IMG/VR virus record: IMGVR_UViG_3300050821_002136
Coordinates: 1 to 64,000 of that record
DNA from: a virus
Length of the DNA: 64,000 bases
Direction: 5' to 3' (one strand)
Part shown: piece by piece, positions 57,901 through 64,000 of the stretch
Numbering within the stretch: the stretch's first letter is position 1
How the letters are laid out: the number at the start of each line of letters is the position of its first letter
Translations under genes and position numbers: made by a program
The notes under the pieces: model-generated
The model's input: the letters and a program-made list of their open reading frames with translations, nothing else
Told to the model about the DNA's origin: nothing
The model's database searches: none

Positions 57901-58156
57901 AAAACATCTACGAAGGTGAGTACGAAGGGTACTCCGACAAAGCCAATGACATAGAGAATAGACTTCGTCCCATCATCGACCAAATGTTGAATGAATTATG
58001 GGACGAGGGATACTCACTGCGGCAGGCTTCTCACCTCATGCAGGAACTCATCTCCATCACAGCAGTTGAGAAGATCATACGCAGAAACACAAAAAGGAGA
58101 ACAGCGCCTTCCATCAAGAAGAATGAACATTTCTATGTTCCCGGGGAGCTAGAGTC

Positions 58157-58690
58157 GTGAAGCCTATAGGCAGCGCCATCAGGACATACACTGGAGTGCT
58201 ATTTGACTTTGTATGTCCTGAGAAATCTCCTATCAGTATAGAAGATATTTCTCATTCATTAAGTCTTTTATGTAGATTCGCTGGGCACTGCAAGAAGTTC
58301 TACAGCGTGGCTGAGCACTCCGTACGTGTCAGTGAAATAGTCCCTCCCGAGCACGCCTTATGGGGACTGATGCACGATGCTGGAGAAGCCTACTGCGTTG
58401 ATGTACCTCGGCCGCTCAAGCACATGGCCGGTATGGAGTCATATCGTGCCCATGAAAAGCGTGTAATGGCCGCGATATGCGCATGGTTCCACATGGACCC
58501 AACTGAGCCCCCTGAGGTGAAGACTGCAGACACCATCATGCTAGTCACTGAGCAACGTGACTTGCTGAAAAACTCTCATCCAGACTTTGCCAATATCACA
58601 CCTCGGTGCGAGGTCATTGAACCGTGGACATCAAGGAAAGCTGAACAGAAGTTCCTTAACAGGTTCTACGAACTAACCGAAGAAAAATAA
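58157..58690 (+). CDS. HD-domain 5'-deoxynucleotidase (YfbR-like)
   Basis: CRFAGH..YSVAEHS, LMHDAGEAY..D.P.PLK, AD. Confidence 0.88.
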   Translation: MKPIGSAIRTYTGVLFDFVCPEKSPISIEDISHSLSLLCRFAGHCKKFYSVAEHSVRVSEIVPPEHALWGLMHDAGEAYCVDVPRPLKHMAGMESYRAHEKRVMAAICAWFHMDPTEPPEVKTADTIMLVTEQRDLLKNSHPDFANITPRCEVIEPWTSRKAEQKFLNRFYELTEEK

Positions 58691-58709
58691 ATCCAAGGAG
58701 ATCCGATGT

Positions 58710-59162
58710 ATGCCGAATACTACGCAGGAAACGCAAGTGAAGACTGGGAACTCTCAATCACCTTCTACCCCACAGAAGACTGGGCGTACACGGCCTACAT
58801 CACAGGGCTCCCGGTTTTCTACTGGGACGAAAAAAGACAAGCGTGGGAGCAGCAAGTACGCCCAGAAGTCCCGAGGGAATAAATTCGTAAATTTAGTACG
58901 AAAGCCCCAGGGTCCCGTCAACACGTACACGAGTGTGTGCTGCTCTGTACCTGCTACTAAGACTCCATGCATTGCTGTCAGCAAGAAGGACGCACTGGTA
59001 CAGGGCTTAGGGAAGTTCCGCTGCTCCGCGTGCAAGAAGAGGTGTAAGGTCACTGTGAGCAAGTTCAAGGCTCCCGAGTCATTAACGAAGGATGGCTGGA
59101 AGCCCAGTGACGAAGTAAAACCCGGAGAAGAAGTGATTGCGGAGGTCAACAGTGCTGGCTAA
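58710..59162 (+). CDS. Basic Cys-containing protein
   Basis: SVCC..C..RCSACKKRC. Confidence 0.65.
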   Translation: MPNTTQETQVKTGNSQSPSTPQKTGRTRPTSQGSRFSTGTKKDKRGSSKYAQKSRGNKFVNLVRKPQGPVNTYTSVCCSVPATKTPCIAVSKKDALVQGLGKFRCSACKKRCKVTVSKFKAPESLTKDGWKPSDEVKPGEEVIAEVNSAG

Positions 59163-59520
59163 GATCCACCTGAAAACTGCCTGCGGTTGTACTAGGGTGT
59201 TCTTCCAACCTGTAGACACTGTACCCAGGCAAGTGCATATACCGCTACGTGCCACAGATGTAACCTACCCTTTCGGTGGCCCTTTAAAATCGGTTTACGA
59301 CAAACGTGCTTTCTCTGTGGTGGAAGGACTGTGGAAATCTACTCGTCGTATTGAACTATGGTGTGAGGAGATTGTCAATGTCTAAAAATGATAAGGAATA
59401 TTGGGTAGGAGTACTGTGCATTGTCTTCTCCCTTGTGTTTGCAACGAGCAATTCTTGGCTGGCTTTAAGCTTTGCTGTTCTGGCTGTTGTAATTCTAGGA
59501 AATTTGCTGAGGAGGATTTT

Positions 59521-59916
59521 GTGAGAAGGACCGTAGAAAATCTCGTAATATGGCTCAGCATTCTCGTCCTAGCTTTATTCCTAGCAGTTGCTTTCATGGT
59601 CTCTTTAGGGCATGCCTCGACTACTAAGGCACGACCAAACTCCCTAGGGGCTCCTCAGTTTTTTGACAACCCATACACGTACCTCTTCGGACTCCCTATC
59701 GAAGGCAAGTACGTGGACGGCAACCTCAACCTCAGAGTGCAGCCCTATGCTACTGCTGAGTTGTTTGATGAGTCAGTGCTGTTTTGTGGGGACGTGTCCG
59801 TAGCGTTCGAAGGCAAGAAGGGTCCGCTCGTGATCACATACCGTACACAGGCAGGACGCATGGTCCAAGGTATTGGATGCCATGAACTCCTGAGTGTCTT
59901 CGAGGTGAAACCATGA
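59521..59916 (+). CDS. Membrane-anchored protein
   Basis: GAGGAGG RBS before GTG; N-terminal TM helix. Confidence 0.65.
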   Translation: MRRTVENLVIWLSILVLALFLAVAFMVSLGHASTTKARPNSLGAPQFFDNPYTYLFGLPIEGKYVDGNLNLRVQPYATAELFDESVLFCGDVSVAFEGKKGPLVITYRTQAGRMVQGIGCHELLSVFEVKP

Positions 59917-59958
59917 GCCCGTCCGTGAGAAGGAAAAAAATTTTCGGAGGAGATTCAC

Positions 59959-60399
59959 ATGGCAATTGACAACATCATCGACCAACTCAAAAGAGACGAA
60001 GGCCTACGCTTAGACGTTTACATGGACACCGTGGGCAAGCGCACCATCGGCTACGGCCACAACCTTGACGCCAACCCTATACCCGCATTGGTGACTCCTA
60101 TCAACGAGACTCTAGCGAGTCAAATCCTAGGTGTAGACGTAGAGCGCATCTCTAGATTCCTCGTGTCTCAGCTGCCTTGGGTAGTAAGCCTAGACGATGC
60201 GCGTCTTGGCGTCATGCAGAATATGAGCTTCAACCTGGGAGTCCCGGGACTATTGCAGTTCCACCATGACTTGGCAGATACGCAGGCCGGTAACTACGAG
60301 CAGGCCGCTGCTGATATGAAAGCATCCAAGTGGTATACTGAAGTTGGAGACCGAGCTGTACGCTTGGTTGAACAAATGAGGAGCGGAATATGGCAGTAA
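59959..60399 (+). CDS. Lysozyme/endolysin (T4-like, GH24)
   Basis: DEGLR..Y.DT.G..TIGYGHNL, MSFNLG, SKWY..V..RA. Confidence 0.93.
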   Translation: MAIDNIIDQLKRDEGLRLDVYMDTVGKRTIGYGHNLDANPIPALVTPINETLASQILGVDVERISRFLVSQLPWVVSLDDARLGVMQNMSFNLGVPGLLQFHHDLADTQAGNYEQAAADMKASKWYTEVGDRAVRLVEQMRSGIWQ

Positions 60400-60673
60400 G
60401 CACATGGTGGAAGGTAAACAAGTATGCGGTGGAAATCACTCCCGTAGGGGTAGTAAAAGAGACAGAAAAGTTTATCACCCTTGCTCCTACAGTGTGGTTT
60501 AAAAGAGAAATGCGTGTTGCCAAGTCTAACGAGTATTTCCCTACATTTGCTGCAGCACGTACATATCTTTTGGAACACTTTTCTAGGAACATGGAAAGTG
60601 CTAGACAGCAAATAACCACTTACAAGAAGTATTGGGACAAAGTCTTCCTGATGGAACCTCCTAAGGATACAAA

Positions 60674-60820
60674 ATGAACTGGGGGAAATTGGCAGCTATG
60701 GGAGGCCTTGGATGGGGCTTAGCAACGTCCTTGGGTTACCTTGTCTACGGAGATTGGCGCAAAGCTTTGTACTTTTTCCTAGGAGCTGCAATTACTGCGG
60801 TCGTTATATGGCTGCTGTGA
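60674..60820 (+). CDS. Small two-TM membrane protein (holin candidate)
   Basis: MNWGKLAAMGGLGWGLATSLGYLVYGDWRKALYFFLGAAITAVVIWLL*. Confidence 0.5.
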   Translation: MNWGKLAAMGGLGWGLATSLGYLVYGDWRKALYFFLGAAITAVVIWLL

Positions 60821-61126
60821 GAAAGGAAAACCCATGCTAGACGGAGAGAAGATCAATCACGCACTCAAGACGGGTACCATGGATGACATGGGCACACGCA
60901 TGGAGCACCTAACACAGCTCTATGAGCTTTGGAAGACTGGGCTGGATGTCATAGAACGCTTCGATAAGAACAGTCCTTTCTACGAAGAAAGGAAGCAAGA
61001 ACTTGAAAGTGCCTTGAAGTTGCTGGCTTATCATTTTGAGAAGGACTACTCAGAAAATTCCTACAGGCAAGCGGTAGATACCCTTCCTGCAAACGCAGAG
61101 GACTTCAAGGACCCGGAGAAATCATA

Positions 61127-62149
61127 ATGAGCACAGCTGGAACGCAGCGCAAACTCGACATCACGCAGAGCAGCAAGCTTTATGCACAACTAGCCAAGGA
61201 CTTCTCAGCTAAGATCGTAGGCCAAGAGGAAGCTACTCAGGCCCTTCTGAATATTGTTGAGTCCCACCAAGCAGGCTTCTCGGATGCCAGCCACCCCGCT
61301 GGCGTAGCTCTGTTCCTCGGTCCAACAGGCACTGGCAAGACGCTAGTGGCTGAGACCCTGGCCGCATCCTTACTTGGTAGCAAGCTCGCCTGCCTGCGTA
61401 TTGACTGCGCTGAGTACCAGCACGGACATGAGATCGCCAAATTAGTGGGATCTCCCCCGGGATACTTGGGCCATCGTGAGACGCACCCGCTGCTGACACA
61501 GGAAGCACTTAACCAGTGGCACACGGACAAGATGAAGCTTTCCATTCTTCTCTTCGACGAGATCGAGAAGGCCAGTGATACGCTCTGGGCTTTGCTACTA
61601 GGCATCCTCGATAATGCTACGGTGACCTTAGGAGACAACCGCAAGGTTAACTTTAGCAATGTGATCATTGTCATGACAAGCAACCTCGGCGCACGTAAGA
61701 TGTCTAGTCGTGACATAGGATTCATGGACCCATCCGAAGAGACTGACAACGCTCGCATGGAGACGCAGGCCAGGAGCGCAGCAAAGAGCAAGTTCTCACC
61801 TGAGTTCATGAATCGTTTGCAGTCCATAGTGGTCTTCAAGACTTTGTCCGAGGAGCAAATTGAGAACATCCTTGAACTTGAATTGAAGGCGCTAGAGTAT
61901 CGCTTGTTCATGGTCAGCAAACCGTTCTTCACCATAGCCGTATCACCTAAAGCCAAACGTACGTTGCTGGCTGAGGGCTACGACAAGGCCTACGGTGCGC
62001 GGTATCTCAAACGCACTATCGAGAGACGCATACAGCAGCCGCTGGCAAGACTAGCAGCCAGTGGGCAAGTAGCAGAGCACGACAAAATCATCATTGATGA
62101 CCTCGGAGACAAGAGCTTCGAGTTCTACGTACAGGGGAGAAACTTATGA
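61127..62149 (+). CDS. Stand-alone ClpA/B/C D2-type AAA+ ATPase
   Basis: IVGQEEA, GPTGTGKT, GSPPGYLG, LFDEIEKA, MTSN, IGF, FSPEFMNR, YGARYLKR; no N-domain or D1. Confidence 0.92.
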   Translation: MSTAGTQRKLDITQSSKLYAQLAKDFSAKIVGQEEATQALLNIVESHQAGFSDASHPAGVALFLGPTGTGKTLVAETLAASLLGSKLACLRIDCAEYQHGHEIAKLVGSPPGYLGHRETHPLLTQEALNQWHTDKMKLSILLFDEIEKASDTLWALLLGILDNATVTLGDNRKVNFSNVIIVMTSNLGARKMSSRDIGFMDPSEETDNARMETQARSAAKSKFSPEFMNRLQSIVVFKTLSEEQIENILELELKALEYRLFMVSKPFFTIAVSPKAKRTLLAEGYDKAYGARYLKRTIERRIQQPLARLAASGQVAEHDKIIIDDLGDKSFEFYVQGRNL

Positions 62150-62371
62150 CCAAAAAGAAAATTCTAGGGTACATCGTGTACAGCAGGTTTGGCGTTAAGA
62201 TGCTGGGAGAGTTTAATGTTCTTTGGTTAGACGCCTCGGCTACTCTGTTTAAGAGCAGAGGGAGTGCAAAGGCCGCTATAAAGCGTTCCGAGAAGTACGC
62301 AGCATCACGGTTCTACGGCACAGATGGACCGTGGTTCAACAACGAGATCATGCCAGTCACAAACTAGGCAC

Positions 62372-62430
62372 AAAAAAATAGCCCCAAGCATTCACTCAGG
62401 ATCTTCTCTGGGTGGTGCTTGGGGCTATTC
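62372..62430. terminator. Terminator between convergent operons
   Basis: AAAAAAATAGCCCCAAGCA...TGCTTGGGGCTATT. Confidence 0.8.
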
Positions 62431-62442
62431 GTGTTTCTGGGG

Positions 62443-63162
62443 TTAGATCTTGTGTCCTACGTACGCTCCGGCCGCAAACGCTGCGGCTGTCTTCATGCCG
62501 CCGAGGAACTTCTGCCACTTCGAACGCACGGCCAATTTCTTGAATCCGGCAATGTCGGCCTGGGCCTTTGTATTCAATAGCTTGCATTGATTTAGATCAT
62601 TAGAAAGGCTGAGATTGGTGCCGTTTAAGAGGGAAACCATGGATTTCTCATCAGCAAGATCGGCCGAGGCCTTGTCAAATCCTACCTTAGCTTCCACAGT
62701 AGCCTGTGCCTGGGGCACGCTGAGCGATACTTGTCCCCCCGGGGTAGCCGTGGCCTGCCCGAAGGCTGGGTTCTTGCTGTAGGCCGTCGTTACCGCTCTG
62801 GCAACCGTCTCAGCTGTGGCGTCTGGAAGCAATCCTGCCTGGACCTCCTTGGGAAGGGGCTCAGCATTCCTGTGGGCTATCTGAGCCTCCAAGGAAGCAA
62901 TCTGAGTGGCCTGCGCGGCACGCTCTGCGTCATGTGCGCTCAGCTGATCCATGAAGACCTTGCGGTCCTGATTGTACTGAGCATCCTTGACTTCCTGACG
63001 TGCAAGCTGAGCATCAAACGCTTTGACTCCGAGGTATCCACCGAAGCCCATGAGAACCAAGAGAAGAACTAGGGTCCCCACTAGCGCATAGGAAAAGCTA
63101 AGGTGCCTATGCGCGAGTACTGAGACCTCGCTCTGTACTGCTGTGGTAACACTGTCTGCCAT
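62443..63162 (-). CDS. Spanin (Rz)-like membrane coiled-coil protein
   Basis: N-terminal TM helix, Ala/Gln coiled coils, hydrophobic C-terminus. Confidence 0.55.
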   Translation of the reverse strand: MADSVTTAVQSEVSVLAHRHLSFSYALVGTLVLLLVLMGFGGYLGVKAFDAQLARQEVKDAQYNQDRKVFMDQLSAHDAERAAQATQIASLEAQIAHRNAEPLPKEVQAGLLPDATAETVARAVTTAYSKNPAFGQATATPGGQVSLSVPQAQATVEAKVGFDKASADLADEKSMVSLLNGTNLSLSNDLNQCKLLNTKAQADIAGFKKLAVRSKWQKFLGGMKTAAAFAAGAYVGHKI

Positions 63163-63171
63163 GAGTCTCCT

Positions 63172-63864
63172 TTATTCTACAAGTTTTGGTACATACGTAC
63201 GCGCTGCATCGAGGTGCTGAGCATCGAAGTTTAGAGAAAACCCAATGGCACTTGTATCTCCGTTGTCCTCTTCAGCAGAATACGTGACCAAGCCTACAAT
63301 TTCCCCTTTGGTATTGAATATGGCTGAGCCACTATCGCCATGGTCTACTTTCAGAGAATAGCAAGCCTCTCCAGCTGCCACGTCCAATTCGCTGTAGTCG
63401 TCACACTCAAGCACTTTACCGTAACGAGGAATGGCTGGGTACTCTCCTCGGATGTCTCCATAGATGGTGACGGTCTCTCCAACCATTGCGGCTTTGGTCT
63501 TCACTGTTTCGATGTGAGTGAACGGAGACCCGTAAAACAAGTAGATCACATGATCTCGGTTGTCAGTTGCGGAAGCTATGAGGATGTGCTTCTCTGTAGA
63601 GAGATCAAAGGATACCAACGTTCCTTCTCCAGATTCGTTACAATGTTCGGCCGTAAGAAAAGCGTTCGGCCCAATTGCTGTGCTTGTACAATCTCCTAGT
63701 TTCTTTCCCTTCTCATCAAAGAAGGTTACCATGTGGGAAGTACGTTGCTCTGTTGTGGGGGCTGAGTGTTTGTGAGTCTTGAAGTGAGGAACCTCGTGAG
63801 GTCCAAGGAGGAACAACGAGAGAAGTCCCACGGAAAGAAAATAGTAGAAGTCTAAGCGAGTCAT
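63172..63864 (-). CDS. Trypsin-like serine protease
   Basis: LTAEHC, D, HGDSGS; N-terminal hydrophobic anchor. Confidence 0.9.
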   Translation of the reverse strand: MTRLDFYYFLSVGLLSLFLLGPHEVPHFKTHKHSAPTTEQRTSHMVTFFDEKGKKLGDCTSTAIGPNAFLTAEHCNESGEGTLVSFDLSTEKHILIASATDNRDHVIYLFYGSPFTHIETVKTKAAMVGETVTIYGDIRGEYPAIPRYGKVLECDDYSELDVAAGEACYSLKVDHGDSGSAIFNTKGEIVGLVTYSAEEDNGDTSAIGFSLNFDAQHLDAARTYVPKLVE

Positions 63865-64000
63865 TTATTGGTGCTCCGAGTGAAATTTTACCGCCGAGGA
63901 GTTCCCAGCACTACTCCAGGAATACTACAGCGGCTGTCTTAGGATTAAGCCAAAGCTGGGCGCTGCGTCGGAACCATTGAGAGCACCATGTCAAAGACAA

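Noticed and set aside
15248-58690. 2-aminoadenine (Z) genome system from PolA + MazG + HD hydrolase
   Set aside because: No PurZ in the window, the genes are unlinked, and all three families are common in ordinary phages

Overview
This window is 64 kb of a tailed dsDNA bacteriophage genome; no host chromosomal genes, integrase or CRISPR array are visible. Layout: (i) 1-14.7 kb, minus strand, packaging/head operon: TerS, TerL, portal, scaffold and the start of the major capsid protein. It is interleaved with a glycosyltransferase, a histidine phosphatase, His-rich and HiPIP-like proteins, and headed by a tRNA/ncRNA cluster. (ii) 14.75-22.3 kb, plus strand: family A DNA polymerase, class II RNR, MazG, RNase H, HAD phosphatase. 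(iii) 22.3-24.15 kb, minus strand: tRNAs and a Tyr/dual-specificity phosphatase. (iv) About 1.1 kb of repeat-rich non-coding DNA, a candidate origin or genome end. (v) 25.8-62.4 kb, plus strand: an early small-gene array, then SF2 helicase, IscA, ParB-like, Cas4-like nuclease, primase-helicase, RNA ligase, RecA, HD hydrolase, lysozyme and a stand-alone Clp ATPase. (vi) Above 62.4 kb, minus strand: spanin-like protein and trypsin-like protease. The most striking element is a circularly permuted (two-piece) tmRNA gene at about 44.0-44.3 kb. Its tag (ATEKPMVMAAAAGR) is non-canonical, and the genome also encodes a single-domain Clp ATPase that keeps the ClpP-docking IGF loop. Together these are a candidate phage ribosome-rescue/proteolysis rewiring system. 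Other highlights: a ~390-nt structured RNA at the head of the early operon, a covarying anti-Shine-Dalgarno pseudoknot upstream of two unrelated GIY-YIG genes, several tRNA-linked orphan RNAs, and overprinted genes. All calls come from reading motifs and base-pairing by eye; no searches were run.
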